Position numbers and translations under genes: made by a program. From a virus (Duplodnaviria > Caudoviricetes), in the IMG/VR virus record IMGVR_UViG_3300033074_000233, positions 128,001 to 192,000 of that record: a stretch of DNA of 64,000 nt, one strand, 5' to 3'. This document shows positions 16,182 through 28,558 of this stretch, piece by piece. Below the pieces are notes generated by a model that was not told where the DNA came from, searched no databases, and saw nothing but the letters and a program-made list of their open reading frames with translations. Every line of letters begins with the position of its first letter. Position 1 is the stretch's first letter.

Positions 16182-16679
16182 ATGGGTATCAAAACGAAAG
16201 ACAAGAAGTCCACCAAGTCGAAAGGCAAGGAAGAGATCGTGAAGAAAAAGAAGAAGTCGAAGGAAGGCGAGAAAGTAGAACGCTCGTCCAAGAAAAAGAA
16301 GGGCGAGAAGAAAGCGCGCAAAGTAAAAGCCGTGATCGAAGTCAAGCCGATCAAGGAAAAACTGAGCCGCATGGGCCTTATCAATCACCTGGTTGATGAG
16401 ACCGCTGTCGAAGCCAAGTCTGTCAAGAAAGTCCTGGCTGCCCTGGAAGCCACGATCAAGGGTTCGATTATGAAGAAAGGTCTGGGCGAGTTCACCTTCC
16501 CAGGTCTGTTCAAAGTCAAAACCAAGTTCAAGCCGAAGCAGAAAGGCGGCGAGAAGAAGAAGAACCCGTTCAAGCCGGGCGAGTTCATCATCACCAAGCC
16601 GAAGCCCGCTTCGATCAAGGTCAAAATCCTGGCAATGAAGCGTTTAAAGGATGCGGCTGCCCTGCCGCCGAAAGAGTAA
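16182..16679 (+). CDS. HU family DNA-binding protein with Lys-rich N-terminal extension
   Basis: LINHLVDET....VKKVL.ALE, FTFPGLFKV, NPFKPGE..I.KPKPAS.KVK...KRLKDA. Confidence 0.85.
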   Translation: MGIKTKDKKSTKSKGKEEIVKKKKKSKEGEKVERSSKKKKGEKKARKVKAVIEVKPIKEKLSRMGLINHLVDETAVEAKSVKKVLAALEATIKGSIMKKGLGEFTFPGLFKVKTKFKPKQKGGEKKKNPFKPGEFIITKPKPASIKVKILAMKRLKDAAALPPKE

Positions 16680-16846
16680 GCACGGTTCAGAGAGTCAGGT
16701 GCTGCCTTCACGCGGGCACCTTATCCTCTGCATAGCAGTTCTGTAAAGTAAACGCACAACAGGAGAAGCAAACTTGTGATTTAGACTGTCCGCGCTATAC
16801 CCTAACCCATGAGACACAGGAGGTACTCGTATGTCACAAATCCGTT

Positions 16847-16887
16847 AGACCCGAGCCTAATACCAATAGCCTCGGGTCTTTTTGTTT
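16847..16887 (+). terminator. Rho-independent terminator overlapped by a mini-ORF stop codon
   Basis: AGACCCGAG...CTCGGGTCT followed by TTTTGTTT. Confidence 0.7.
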
Positions 16888-16919
16888 CCTAAACCCATTT
16901 CCAAGCGCGGAGAAGAACA

Positions 16920-17291
16920 ATGACTGACGTTGCACCGACCAAAGAAAATACGCTGCACATGAAGAACAATAGAAAGCCGAAAGGACACGCCGCGGATAAG
17001 CCGTTAGAAGTTCCCAGACATGAGAAGGCCGACATTGCTGATCGTCGTCCTCAGAAGAAGCCCAAAGACTACAAGTTGCAATATAAGGGTAAAGAAGGTA
17101 CTCCAATGGAGACCTCACACAAAGAGTGGCGTCACCTAGATGCCTATTCAAGTATAGAAACGGCGCGACAAAGTGCCCACACTCGAATGACTGGTAATGC
17201 CCTAACCAAGATGTTTGACTACCGCATTCTCGACAAAGATGGCAAGGAATGTCCACTCAAAAAAGACGGTAAGGAGAGACTACTCAAATGA
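16920..17291 (+). CDS. Basic hypothetical protein
   Basis: GGAG RBS. Confidence 0.6.
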   Translation: MTDVAPTKENTLHMKNNRKPKGHAADKPLEVPRHEKADIADRRPQKKPKDYKLQYKGKEGTPMETSHKEWRHLDAYSSIETARQSAHTRMTGNALTKMFDYRILDKDGKECPLKKDGKERLLK

Positions 17292-17953
17292 AAAATCCAA
17301 TCGTAATGGATGAAGGTGATCTAGCCTACAGTCGGTGGACTATACGCATACTGGCTGGCTTATGCGTTATGCTCGGCATCGTGGCCGGCGTAAGCATACT
17401 GCAGGTTGATCGTGTGACACAGAAGGTTAAAGACCTTCAACAGGAGAACGAGGATCTTAAAGCCAAGTTGTCTTTGCATGAGATCAATCTCGGTGACACA
17501 CAGAGAACGATTGATGCTGTGACAAACATGATTGTGAAACTAGGTAAGAAAACTCCGCAGGAAGCCGAGAGACTGGCTATACTTGAAGTTGTTTCTGCCG
17601 AGAAACACGGTGTTGATCTACCAACAGGCTTGGCTGTATCCTTTGAAGAATCTAAGTGGAAGACAGCCGTAGTGTCATCCAACGGTTCCTCTATTGGAAT
17701 TAAACAAATCAACTTGTCTGCTTGGCGGGATCGCTTCAAGGATATGACTGTGAAACGTCTGACCAATCCTGCATACAACATCGACATTGGATACACGTTG
17801 CTGGCTGAGCACATAAAGGAATATGGCACGATCAATCGAGCCCTGCAGAGGTATAGAGGATCGAAAGACGCGGGCATAAACGAACGGTACGCAGACGGTG
17901 TTCAGAAAACGGCGCAAGCAATACGGAAACACCTATCGTTCTCTCAGACCTAA
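17288..17953 (+). CDS. Membrane-anchored lytic transglycosylase (SLT domain)
   Basis: N-terminal TM and coiled coil; EES catalytic motif, GIKQIN, L.NP.YNI.IG, ALQRY. Confidence 0.85.
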   Translation: MKNPIVMDEGDLAYSRWTIRILAGLCVMLGIVAGVSILQVDRVTQKVKDLQQENEDLKAKLSLHEINLGDTQRTIDAVTNMIVKLGKKTPQEAERLAILEVVSAEKHGVDLPTGLAVSFEESKWKTAVVSSNGSSIGIKQINLSAWRDRFKDMTVKRLTNPAYNIDIGYTLLAEHIKEYGTINRALQRYRGSKDAGINERYADGVQKTAQAIRKHLSFSQT

Positions 17954-18008
17954 GTCCTGGGTTAGGTAAAGACCCGCATCAGGACCAACAACCTAAAAGG
18001 TAAAGCAC

Positions 18009-20257
18009 ATGGCTTCTCCAACTGTTGTACGTTTCAACTCTGCCCGCAGTCAAATGGCTAACGGTGATTCTCGCAAGCAACTCCGTGTCATGGCTGCGGA
18101 AGTAGCCTTGAACAAGATGTTCTCTGGTAGGCATTTTGATATTTGCGCTGTTCGCGAGGCTTGCGAGGTAATGGGTGCAACGCTTACGCCTGACGCCGAA
18201 GCAATTCTTCGGCCATTGCACTGTGTGAACTGGGACCAGATTCCACCTGCGATCAAAGACGAAATCCCTCACCTGCTTAAGGAGTCTTTCCAACGTAGTC
18301 AGATTGTTCGTGGGATGGTGCAGGACATTATTCTCGGCGACTTCGTTGAGAAAGAACCAGAAGTAGAAATCCTATTCGAGCAGGCGAAAGAATCTAAGCA
18401 GGAACTCCTCACGCAAGACGTTAGAGAGCGCGCGAGTGAAATCAAAAAGAAAACCTGGAAGTGGTGGTGACATGAACATATGGGACTTTGCTGACAAGAA
18501 TCCTTGGTTTACCTTCTTCTTGGGCTTTTGGGCCTTGATTATGGTTGCATTCGTTGCCGTAGCCTTCAGGACTATCTTTACTACCTTGAACGTACTGGTT
18601 CGAGGCTGGCCTCCGCCGCATCTGGATGCAAACGGTGAGTTCAAGAAAGAACCTGAGGAGAAAAAGGAAGATAAGAAAGAAGAACCAACGGACACTCGGA
18701 TTGTAGGTGCTATGCCACACGGTGCTCCGTATGCCGGCCATAACAAGGACAAACTTCCAACGGGAATGTTTAGGTGACTTATGACTTCACGACGTATTGG
18801 TTCTTTCACAGTAAAAAATCGGTTCTTCCTGAATCTTGAAGGTGGCGCAGGCACTAACCTGTTTCATGGAATGGTTGTTCTACGCGCTGAGCCTGACTGG
18901 TCAATGGATAACACTCGCTATATGGCACATCATCAGGATTTTGACTTGGTTCACAGTGGCGAAATGATTCCTGAATATGAACCTGTATTCGCAGAAGAAC
19001 CTGACGGATATGGATACGCTTATGGCGTTCCAAAGTGGGTACGCAAAAATGAGAAAGGTTGAAGTTACATGCGACAACTGCCAACGTCAGTTGTCTGATA
19101 CGGGCTCAATGCCTGCGTTCCGTGTAGTTCTGAAGTCAGAGCAAATTCCAAGCAGTAGTCCTTACCGTAACGCAGTACACATTGAGCCTCAGGTACGTGA
19201 TGAACAGCATTTCTGCGGTATAGACTGCCTGTACTCTTGGCTGGATAAAACTTACCCAAGACTCCACGTAACATGAAAACTAAGGAGAAGGACTATGTCA
19301 GAACTTGATTTCGAGAAAGAACGAGCCAATTCCGTTCCAGGCGATTGGGTTCCTATTGATGGCGTTATGGAAGTGATACAAAAGATGAGAGACAAGAAGT
19401 GGATTTGGCCTTTCAACTCTCATTGCAAGTACATAACTTTGCGTGTTGACATGCGTGATGGTCATTGCGTAATACGTAACCGTAATGGAAACATAATTTC
19501 ACTTGACCAACTTAACCGACAGGCGAATCAAAATGACGGATAGAGTGAACTACCTAACTGTGGCCCTTGAGAAGGACATGCGTATTGAAGATGCTCAAGC
19601 CTTGGTCCAAGCAATACGTTGTATGCGTAATGTGCTGGACGTAAAAGAAAACGTAGCCGATCCACTGGGCTTCGTTGTTGAAGAACGTGTAAGACAGGAA
19701 ATGTCACGAAAACTAATTGAAGTTGTTAGTAGGAGGTCATAGATGACTGACTACATTGGCCAGGCCAAAATAGCTCTGGAGATTTGGGAAGCAGGTGACA
19801 CGCGCACGATAGAGTCCTGTATAGAACTGACGAAAGGCCTGCTAGGTCTGCTCACGTTAAAGCCGATTGAGACAGCGCCGAAGACTGGCGTTGATCTGCT
19901 TCTGGCTGTAGTTAAGGACGGACTCCTTATGACAGCAGTGGTTGGCTGCTGGGCGCACTCTGACGGTGAGGAAGAACCTCGCTGGCACTTCGTCAACGAC
20001 GAAGACGGAATAAAGCCTACTCACTGGATGCTTCCTCCAAAGATTGAAGGAGAAGATTGATGAGCAACAGGAAGCAGCGCATAAAGAACCGTAACACTTA
20101 TAACGCGCTTATGGGCAAACTTGAGGCACAAGGCAAACTGAATCGTCCACCTTGTTCCAACTGTGGTAAACCCGGTGCTCACTTTGTAATGGCTTGCTTT
20201 GGACAAGAGGGCTACTTTGCCTGCGCTAAAAAGGAGAAACAAGATGATAGTGTGTAA
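18009..20257 (+). other. Run of small hypothetical genes (18009-18470, 18472-18777, 18781-19062, 19049-19276, 19295-19543, 19533-19742, 19743-20060 DUF551-like, 20057-20257)
   Basis: Tightly packed co-oriented ORFs with RBSs; PIETAPK..PTHWM motif in the 19743 gene. Confidence 0.65.
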
Positions 20258-20876
20258 GTGCTGTGGCGAAGAAGCCCGCTGGTGTGGTCCAACGTGTGGA
20301 ACAGAAGAATGCGACCAGATTACTTGCGATCACTGCGGTATGCAGTACGACTGCCAAAGTGAGGCAGCGCAAAACGCAGAGACCTTCGAAGAAGCCCGTG
20401 CTGCTATGCTGGCTTGCTACAACAAGTTGGAGCGTACACCACAGACGCTGAAACTTGTCCTGCAGAAACTCAAGGAAGCCCGTGACGTGCTGGCAGACGT
20501 TGCTGCTATCAGTGGCGACCTGAAGAACTTTGATTCTCTAAGCGAACGGGTGCAAAAGGTGTTGAAGTCTCAAACCTTGACCGAGCCACCTACAACGCTC
20601 CGAGAGTTAGAGCATGACAACGAGTCTGGCGGAGTAGTAACTAAACTTCCAGAAGGAATGTCCTGCGGAGGTCTGAGCAAGTGTGGTTTTGAGAACTGCC
20701 AGAACACTAAAGGAATAACGTCTCGCCTAGTCGGCTTTAACAACGGTCTGGGTGAAGGCGTTATCACTGTGTGGCTGTGCGAACTCCACAAAGACTACGT
20801 TGACCAGAGTTACCAACCCACCAACTATTCAATAGGCTGCAAACAAGAAGGAAAGAACGACAATGAAAACGACTAA
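20244..20876 (+). CDS. Zinc-ribbon protein with Lar (restriction alleviation)-like N-terminus
   Basis: CKCCGEEA...ITCDHCG...EEARAA...YN. Confidence 0.5.
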   Translation: MIVCKCCGEEARWCGPTCGTEECDQITCDHCGMQYDCQSEAAQNAETFEEARAAMLACYNKLERTPQTLKLVLQKLKEARDVLADVAAISGDLKNFDSLSERVQKVLKSQTLTEPPTTLRELEHDNESGGVVTKLPEGMSCGGLSKCGFENCQNTKGITSRLVGFNNGLGEGVITVWLCELHKDYVDQSYQPTNYSIGCKQEGKNDNEND

Positions 20877-21447
20877 GGTCCACTTCTTTCAGAAAGGCAA
20901 TACACATAAATCAATCTGTGGTCAACCAGACTACATGGTCAATAAAATTGCCAAGACTCCTGAAGAGGTTACGTGTAGTAACTGTTTACGTTCAATGGAG
21001 ACCGCCAAGAAACTGGATACCAACGCTGTCTTCCGCGACCTTGTTGGGATGAAAAAGCGTTTCGCTAGTAACCAGGATTGGAAGTCAGTGACTACGCTCC
21101 AGAACGCCATCAAGTACATGACCGAACTTGAAGGTCGTCTTGGTATCCAGAATCTGGCTGCACTGCAGGAACGCTTCATGCCTGTAGTGATCCCCAAGTC
21201 CTTCGACCGTGAACGCTGGTTGCGAGTCTGTAAAGTATTCGTAGATAATCTCGGTATCAAGCCGGAAGAATGCAAGCCTGATTCCGACATTATCGAAGAC
21301 CTCGGCGCAGACAGCCTGGACACTGTGGAACTGGTGATGGGCCTTGAAGAGGAGTTTGAAATTCAGATTCCAGACGAAGACGCAGAGAAGGTAACCACGC
21401 TGGGCAAGGCCTATGAGGCTGTGACGAAATTACTCGCAGGGAGATAG
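20863..21447 (+). CDS. Acyl carrier protein domain fused to an N-terminal Cys/His domain
   Basis: [35 protein letters not shown] closely matches AcpP. Confidence 0.9.
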   Translation: MKTTKVHFFQKGNTHKSICGQPDYMVNKIAKTPEEVTCSNCLRSMETAKKLDTNAVFRDLVGMKKRFASNQDWKSVTTLQNAIKYMTELEGRLGIQNLAALQERFMPVVIPKSFDRERWLRVCKVFVDNLGIKPEECKPDSDIIEDLGADSLDTVELVMGLEEEFEIQIPDEDAEKVTTLGKAYEAVTKLLAGR

Positions 21448-21448
21448 T

Positions 21449-24400
21449 ATGCAGTTACGCGGACTACATGAGAACAGGTGCAAGCATTGTAATCTATGGA
21501 AGGACCAGCATAACAGCTCCAATCTGGCTTGTCCTATTGGAAGTAAGCACCGCACGTTAGGCTACACGCAGTACAGTGAAACAACCAAGTACGAATCCAA
21601 ACAACGCAAACAACGAGGCAAATGATATGAGCGAACTTGATCCGAAAGTAATTGAGCAGACCAGCAATCTTGCAGAGGGCGTTAGCCAACTGGCTGAGGG
21701 CTTCAAGCGAAAAGCCGAAGCAATGGATCGAATCAAGGCTATTCTCGCTGATCCTGACAAGTACACCGTGTACGATCTTCTTAATGCCTCAGTTGCAGGT
21801 GGCTACCAACTGAAACTGAACTTCCATGAGATCGGAGCAGAGGGCTGAGGTTACTTATGGGAAACAATAAGGAACGGCCCGAAGGCCGTTTCCACATTCA
21901 CTTTGATGAAGACGGTAAAGCCGTCCGTTGCTACCACGATTGCAAGAACATCGTGCGTCAGCCTTCCTTCTGGGTCATTACTACGCTTTCGTTTCCAATA
22001 GAGCACGGAATCTGGACGCTTATCTATCGTCTCTTTGGGCTGGAGCACTGACATGAGCGGCAGGCCTACGAGAATGATTGATATGTGGGGACCCTGTCGT
22101 CGTTGTGGGAACGTAAAGGAAGACGAACTTAACTTCGAGGGACGTATCCATCACGGAACCAAGGTTTTGTGCTTCGACACTAAAGCCTGCGCTAAACGGG
22201 TCAAAAAGAGTAAAAAGAAATGAGGCGAATCGAGAGATACTGACATGACAGATGTATTGCAACCTGCATTTGACAAGTGCTTTGATGAAGGCTGGCACGG
22301 TCTCCACGATTGCCTGGTAGAGTTCGAGCCTAGAAATTACAGTAAGGAAGAAGTCCGAAAAATCTTTGACCTTCTGCCACGCAACATAAAGATTGAAGCC
22401 GTTGAATGGGGTCTTAATGACACCGTAGTAGGCGACTCTTGCTGCACTTATCTAAAGAATATAAACTGGAAGCCCGACTGAATGGGACACTACACAGGTT
22501 TCTGTTTCAATCTGCACCTTAAGCAGGAAACACCTCCAAGCGTTATCACGCTGTTGAATATGTTTGTTGGACCAGAAGAATCCAACAAGACTGATGAACT
22601 CGCCAAGGATATTCCAGGCTACGACAGATACTGGAGCATAATGTTCGCTGGTCAGTCTTATTACTTCGGTAAGTGGACGACTTCACGAGTTGATTCCTTA
22701 CCTGACCAGACCACACACTTGTTATCTGCGGCCTCATGCAAATTTGGTGATAACTATATATACGACCTTCTCGAATGGCTAAAACCCTGGCTGGTTCCAT
22801 CAGAAGACTTCGTTGCCTTCCATATATACGAAAGTTCCAATACCTTCTATGCCTATTACCTATCTGGTGACAAGATCATACAGAAGGCCATTCGATTCAA
22901 GTACAGCGACTACAGTGATGACATTCATCCTAAGGACGTAGACCTTGACGAAGCCATAAAAAACTGGCAGTACGGATCAATCATACACATTCCGATATGT
23001 GACCTTGCTTTACCAAATCCATCTGGATACAACGATAATGACCAAGACACCTAAGCAAAGAGTAGACGCTATACTGGAGGAGGCCGTAGGCAGTGACTTG
23101 AACTCCTGGGAGAAGCATGAGTTTCTTCCTAGCGTTAGTAAGCGTACACCCTACAACCTAACACAGGGTCAGAATCAGAAACTAAAGGAAATCGAACGCA
23201 AGATATTTGGAGATAAAAATGTTTAATTGGATTAAAGCCTTATTCAAGGAGCCCGAAGCCAACAAAAGCATTCTTCGTCAGGACTACGAATTTGTAGCGG
23301 TAGCCACTTCTGCTAATAACGAGGTTATCCTTTTAGTGAAAATACAGGAAGTAGAAGTTAGATTTGTAGGCAGTGGCTCTGTTTGGTATCGTTTGCCCGA
23401 GTTTCAGCGGTGCCCATCTTCGCAAGAAATGAAACTTGCTGATATTTGGAGCAAACTAAAGCACGAAAAGAGAATCTAAGGTATAGTCTCAGGGTCGAAC
23501 TTTCTCAACAAGTATGCAACATGCTACTGGATTTCACCAAGTTCGAGCGTGAGACTACTCCTACCTGTGAGAACATAACAGGCGATACGTGGTCTGACTA
23601 TGTGGATTGGAAAAGGATTCACGTTACTTACGGATACAAGTTGGGCCTTCTTGGAGATCAAATTTACGAAATCACCAAGCACGGACTAATCAATCCAAGA
23701 CCATATGACCTCAGCCTAAAATATTTCGTTTCGGACTACACAGGAAGATAAGCCATGTGTTCTACAACTTGTTTAGATATGTACTCACTACCAGTGTGTA
23801 ATGCCATTACCATTTTTGGTATCTTGATAGCGGCTGTAGGTATATTTGTGCTATGTATCGTAGGCTTCCGTAAATTTTCCAGCTCCTTGTACAAGGAAAG
23901 GGACAAGCCATGATTTCTATCATAGACTTAGATCCAGTGTTGGTCGCTGAACAGATTGAAAAGAGATGTGCTGAATACGAGACCATACGTGTACGAAAAG
24001 TTGCTGAGGCTGAGGCTTGGACCCTTGAATACGAAGCCTGCGTTGCTAACGGAACAGTAGGCAGAAAGTTTATTAGGCGGCCAACTTCGGTAGAACAAGA
24101 AAATGACTTTTACAAAAAGCGCATAGCCCAAGAACGCGAAGTGTACAGTCGGGTTCGTATCGTTGAGTTAACTCTGCCCTTGGAGAAAAAATTTGTTCTT
24201 GTCTACGGCAAGTCCCCTACGGACACAGAAGGAACTGGCCCATTTGAGTCTGTTGAAAAAGCATCTAACTGGTTCTTTCGCGGAGGAAGATAAGCCATGA
24301 AACTTTGCAAGAACTGTAAGCACTGCGTACAAAGCCTAACATACGATAGTTGCCGAAAGGTACACGAGGAAATTGGAGAGGTATCCTTCGTTGACGGAAA

Positions 24401-24566
24401 GAAAAGGTGGAAACCAGCCAGCGACGGCTGGAACTCCTTAGAATACGTCAGGAAATATTACTGCGGTGTAGAAGAAGCCAAATGGTTTGAACCTGTAGGG
24501 AGATTCTCCTTCTTTGCATCCCTTGGACAAATTCTCTTTGGTGGTGTTAGCGAGACTAAGCCATGA
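21449..24566 (+). other. Run of small hypothetical genes (including 21627-21848, 22245-22481, 22482-23054, 23910-24293, 24297-24566)
   Basis: Packed co-oriented ORFs, no recognisable family. Confidence 0.6.
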
Positions 24567-25408
24567 CAACCCCGCACTGGTACGTAGATACCTACATTCT
24601 GGAAGGCAAGCCTGAGGCCTTTGACAAGATTCGCAAGGCTCTTGAGAACTATCAGACGACATACACAAAGTACATTCCATTTTCCGAAAGACAAGAGGGT
24701 CTGGACTCAGTATTCAATCCGTATCAGTTGAACCTTGTGTATGGAACGCACGGATTTGTTCGCAATATGCAGAACACCTTTGGTAAAGGTTCTATCAGTC
24801 CGTATATAACTGAATCCGAAATGGAGTGCACACATTACTATCCCAAGTTGCCTGCAGAGTGGCTGCTAAACGCAGGCTGCTTCTTTGTACCGTTCGGAAT
24901 GCTCGCTGCATCGGTTGCTACTTTTTGTGGTCATTCGGAAAAAATGTTTGTTCGTCCGAACTCTGGATTCAAGTCTTTTATTCCGACACAGATTGATACC
25001 ACGAGACAGTACAAAATTCAAGAGGGCGTCAAAGAAATAGCCGATAAGTATCAGGTAACTCCAGACACTTTATGTCTGGTTGCTTACCCTCGGGAACTTT
25101 CCTTTGAGATTAGATACGTTATCGTAGACCGTGAAGTTGTCTCCGCTTCTTACTACCGTCTTAACGGAAAACACTATTTAAAGGAATGCTTGGAAGTAGG
25201 ACCTTATGAGGCCAAACGGCTAGCCGAAAGGATGGCAGCGCATGCCTGGCAACCAGATGTGGCCTATATGTGTGACATTGCACTGACATACCCTGGACTC
25301 TGTAAAATAGTAGAGTTGAACGCCTTCTGTTGTGCTGGTCTTTATGAATGCGACTACGACAAGGTTTTCAAGGCCGTTACCGAAGCCTATATGCGGAGAG
25401 AGGCATGA
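24563..25408 (+). CDS. ATP-grasp domain protein (DUF4343/R2K-like)
   Basis: FVRP.SGFKSF, E.RYVIV..EVVSAS.Y, DIA...KIVELN.F..AGLY.CD. Confidence 0.8.
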   Translation: MTTPHWYVDTYILEGKPEAFDKIRKALENYQTTYTKYIPFSERQEGLDSVFNPYQLNLVYGTHGFVRNMQNTFGKGSISPYITESEMECTHYYPKLPAEWLLNAGCFFVPFGMLAASVATFCGHSEKMFVRPNSGFKSFIPTQIDTTRQYKIQEGVKEIADKYQVTPDTLCLVAYPRELSFEIRYVIVDREVVSASYYRLNGKHYLKECLEVGPYEAKRLAERMAAHAWQPDVAYMCDIALTYPGLCKIVELNAFCCAGLYECDYDKVFKAVTEAYMRREA

Positions 25409-25959
25409 ACTATCTGACCGATCCAGAAGGTTCCAACCACAAGGTTGATACTGACACCCACGTTTTCTTTTATGAGCAGGACTTTTACGTTCTCTCGAAC
25501 TTCTCCTCGTTTGAGGTATTCTGGCCATACGTAAGGGATGACGATTACATTACTATGTGGCATAAGACCTCAGAGCATCTGTACCACTTCCTTAAGTTTT
25601 GGTTCCACATGAGTACCAAGCAACAAAAAGAAGTTGCCTTGAAGATATACCACGCAAGGTCAGCGCACGACGCCTTCAATATAGCACAGACTTACAAAGG
25701 TCTACGTCGTCCTGATTGGGACAGTGTAAAATTCGTCAACATGAAACAGATCCTAATTGAAAAGGTCAAGTGCCACGAATACGTGAGGCGTAAACTCCTT
25801 CAGACAGGTGATCGTATCCTTGTGGAAGATTCCTGGCGCGATGATGTTTGGGGCTGGGGTCCAAACAAAGACGGACAGAACATGCTTGGCAAACTCTGGA
25901 TGGAAGTACGCGAGGAAATTAGGCAGCAGGAGAGTCAGAATGGACAGCCAAAAGTTTAG
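25405..25959 (+). CDS. NADAR family protein (YbiA-like)
   Basis: LSNF, TSEHLYH..KF, RPDWD.VK...M, LLQTG..ILVEDS..D..WG.G...GQNMLGKLWMEVR. Confidence 0.93.
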   Translation: MNYLTDPEGSNHKVDTDTHVFFYEQDFYVLSNFSSFEVFWPYVRDDDYITMWHKTSEHLYHFLKFWFHMSTKQQKEVALKIYHARSAHDAFNIAQTYKGLRRPDWDSVKFVNMKQILIEKVKCHEYVRRKLLQTGDRILVEDSWRDDVWGWGPNKDGQNMLGKLWMEVREEIRQQESQNGQPKV

Positions 25960-27332
25960 GTCATTGAGTGCTATTGCCTGGCCTGAGCCTTTCTTTATCA
26001 AAGCGTCTTACGAGATCAATTCGGACTTTTCTTTACGGCTAAGACCAAAAAGAAGAAGGTGGCTTAACAACGCGAGCCTTACCAAGAAGAACGTCACGCG
26101 AAAGATTTGGCGCGCAGAAAGACAGGCAATGAAACAAGCACAGGTTGACCTCTGCGCTGCCGAAGACAAACGATTCCTAGATATGTTTCTTAAAGGTGAT
26201 ATACATGCCCATTGAATGGTATTGGCCCAGACCTTCTTCGGGTCCTATTCCATGCACATGGAAATGCTATGACTCTCAAGGAAATCCTATATACATAAGT
26301 ATCATACGAGGATAACAGTCATGTACACAGTAAAGACCCTAGGCTGTACCTGCCCACCGAGCGCGCAAACCTGTTCCTGTGTAAGACATGCAATAATGTT
26401 GGACGGAAAAGAACTTATTGCTATGGGTCGAGAGCACGGACTCATCAATCAGATAGTAAACGCGGCCAATATGGGCTTAGAGACAATAGAGAAAGAAGTT
26501 AAGGCTCTGATTAAAGAACAAATGGAAGACGAATGAAACTTCTGTGGATATTCTTAACAGTTGTCGGGTGCTGGATAAGCAGTCACATTACGCCGTATGT
26601 CGTTGCGACGCAGGAATATCCAGCACATGTGGCTCATGCAGAAACACTGACAGTACGATCCCACGGACACAGTGAGCGTAATATACGGCGCTGGTCCAAG
26701 AAATTCAAGAGGAAAAAGTCATGACCAATCTAACAAGTGAAACCAATGATGCCGACCCTACACCTGAGCCTGTCGTAGCACCACCTAACGATTCGATCCC
26801 TGAGACGGAAGTAGAAAATGATTGGGAGAATACCTGGATTTGTACTAAGGAAAACGGAGACTGGACGCAACATGACGGAGATCGTTTTGAGATTACCCCG
26901 TCAGGCGTAGCCCTTTTCTATCAAAAAGACCGACTTACGGGCGCCTCAAAAGATTACGAAGCCATTTTTCGCAAAGACCTCATTGATGTTGAGTGGTTAT
27001 ATGATAATGAAGTTGCACCTCGCCCGAAGCCTGAACCTACAAAGAAAGCCTTAGAGGTTGATATTAAACTGCCAGATATCAACAAATCATCAGTGCATCC
27101 AACAGACGCTGATGGTTTCTATTCCGTAACCGACTGTCTGCCTAAGAGATTGGCTGGCTTCTCGGGTATAGGTTATACAATGTTTGTCACGTTGAAGTAT
27201 GTGGATGGAAGAACGGAAACTGGAATCTTTCTCTCGGACAAACTAGTGTTCCAGCGCAGTCGTTTTTCATGGGCTCCTAATCTTGCCTTTGCCAAGACCT
27301 TAGATGAGGTTGTTGGCTGGAAGTACAGGTGA
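25940..27332 (+). other. Small hypothetical genes (25940-26215, 26321-26536, 26533-26724, 26721-27332)
   Basis: Co-oriented ORFs with overlaps. Confidence 0.55.
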
Positions 27333-27453
27333 TTTATGCCCTATGATATGTCACAACATTTAGTGGGCTGGTCCTGTGATAAAAACAACCTCAGTCGAAA
27401 GCAAGCCGAAGTGATGTATCAGAAACTTAGGGCTACGATACGTGGAAGGAAAA

Positions 27454-28008
27454 ATGAACCTGCCAAATCTAACTAAGGAACAAGGACTCTTGTGGGGCAA
27501 GTCCTTAGTCTCGGATTCCAAGATTCTGGAGCAAGTAAACGTCCGTAGACTAATGATTGAACTGGAAAAGTTTGTGTCTGAGGCCCTGTCCAAAAAGTTG
27601 TTTGTAGATTCCAAGTTGGATCAACTAGGTATCTTCCAGCGACCTAGTATGCAGGAACAACTAGCCGAGTACGAAGGCTACTTGGACTTGACTATGCGTA
27701 AGGCCAAAGACGCAGGTTATATATCGGAGTTCACTCGCCACACAAAAGGGTTCGTGGAGTCCTTCATTCACAAGCGTGATGGCACAATCATTGTTATGTG
27801 GCACGACGGGTCCATACAGGAAATGTCCTCGTGGAAGTACAAGCCCCGACGTAAGGCACGTGTGTGGGCTAAACAAGCCAAGCGTTGCACTATAGGTTTC
27901 GACACTACGGTCAAGCCTGTAGTTTCTGTAAATTACGTCGAACTGAATCTTGTTCTCACCAAGCAAGGCGCAGACTTTAGTCAAACCAAAGGAGTTGAAC
28001 CATGTTAG
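27454..28008 (+). CDS. Stand-alone tail-sheath C-terminal-domain-like protein
   Basis: [50 protein letters not shown] parallel the T4 gp18-type C-terminus. Confidence 0.7.
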   Translation: MNLPNLTKEQGLLWGKSLVSDSKILEQVNVRRLMIELEKFVSEALSKKLFVDSKLDQLGIFQRPSMQEQLAEYEGYLDLTMRKAKDAGYISEFTRHTKGFVESFIHKRDGTIIVMWHDGSIQEMSSWKYKPRRKARVWAKQAKRCTIGFDTTVKPVVSVNYVELNLVLTKQGADFSQTKGVEPC

Positions 28009-28205
28009 TTCTTACAAGGCGTGTAGGCGAGAAAATCCGAATCGGCGACGACGTTGTTATCACACTGCTAGGTGTTCGAGGTAATCAATACAAGGTTGGC
28101 ATTGAAGCGCCAAACCACATTAAGGTTAACCGTGAGGAGATCTGGGAGCGTATACAGGAGTCCAAGCGTTTGAATGAGGAAGAAGAAAGCGACAACGCTG
28201 CATAA
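28002..28205 (+). CDS. csrA: Carbon storage regulator CsrA/RsmA
   Basis: [43 protein letters not shown]. Confidence 0.95.
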   Translation: MLVLTRRVGEKIRIGDDVVITLLGVRGNQYKVGIEAPNHIKVNREEIWERIQESKRLNEEEESDNAA

Positions 28206-28231
28206 TCAATCACCTACAAAGGTAAATCAAA

Positions 28232-28558
28232 ATGAAAGCCTTAACACTGATCTTCGCTCTGGTATTCTCGGTAGCAGCAAATGCCGAGGGTGTGGTATTC
28301 AAGATAGTCTCTGACAACGGCTCCGTGTTTAACTTCCGGGATAGTACCTGTCCGAACTCAAACTTTTTTCGTGCCGTTGCTGTTGAACCGAACGGAAAAA
28401 TGCACTTGGGGTGTTACGTTGTTGATGACGAGGAAAGAGTCGTAGCCGTTGCCTGGCCAGGCGGCGTTGATGGTCTTAGGCAGTACAGTTTTGATAACGT
28501 CGAAGTAACCAAATACGGAGAACGCTACTTCGATCCTGCAACTATGGAGCGTCGATAA
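28232..28558 (+). CDS. Secreted hypothetical protein
   Basis: Signal peptide MKALTLIFALVFSVAANA; cysteine pair. Confidence 0.65.
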   Translation: MKALTLIFALVFSVAANAEGVVFKIVSDNGSVFNFRDSTCPNSNFFRAVAVEPNGKMHLGCYVVDDEERVVAVAWPGGVDGLRQYSFDNVEVTKYGERYFDPATMERR

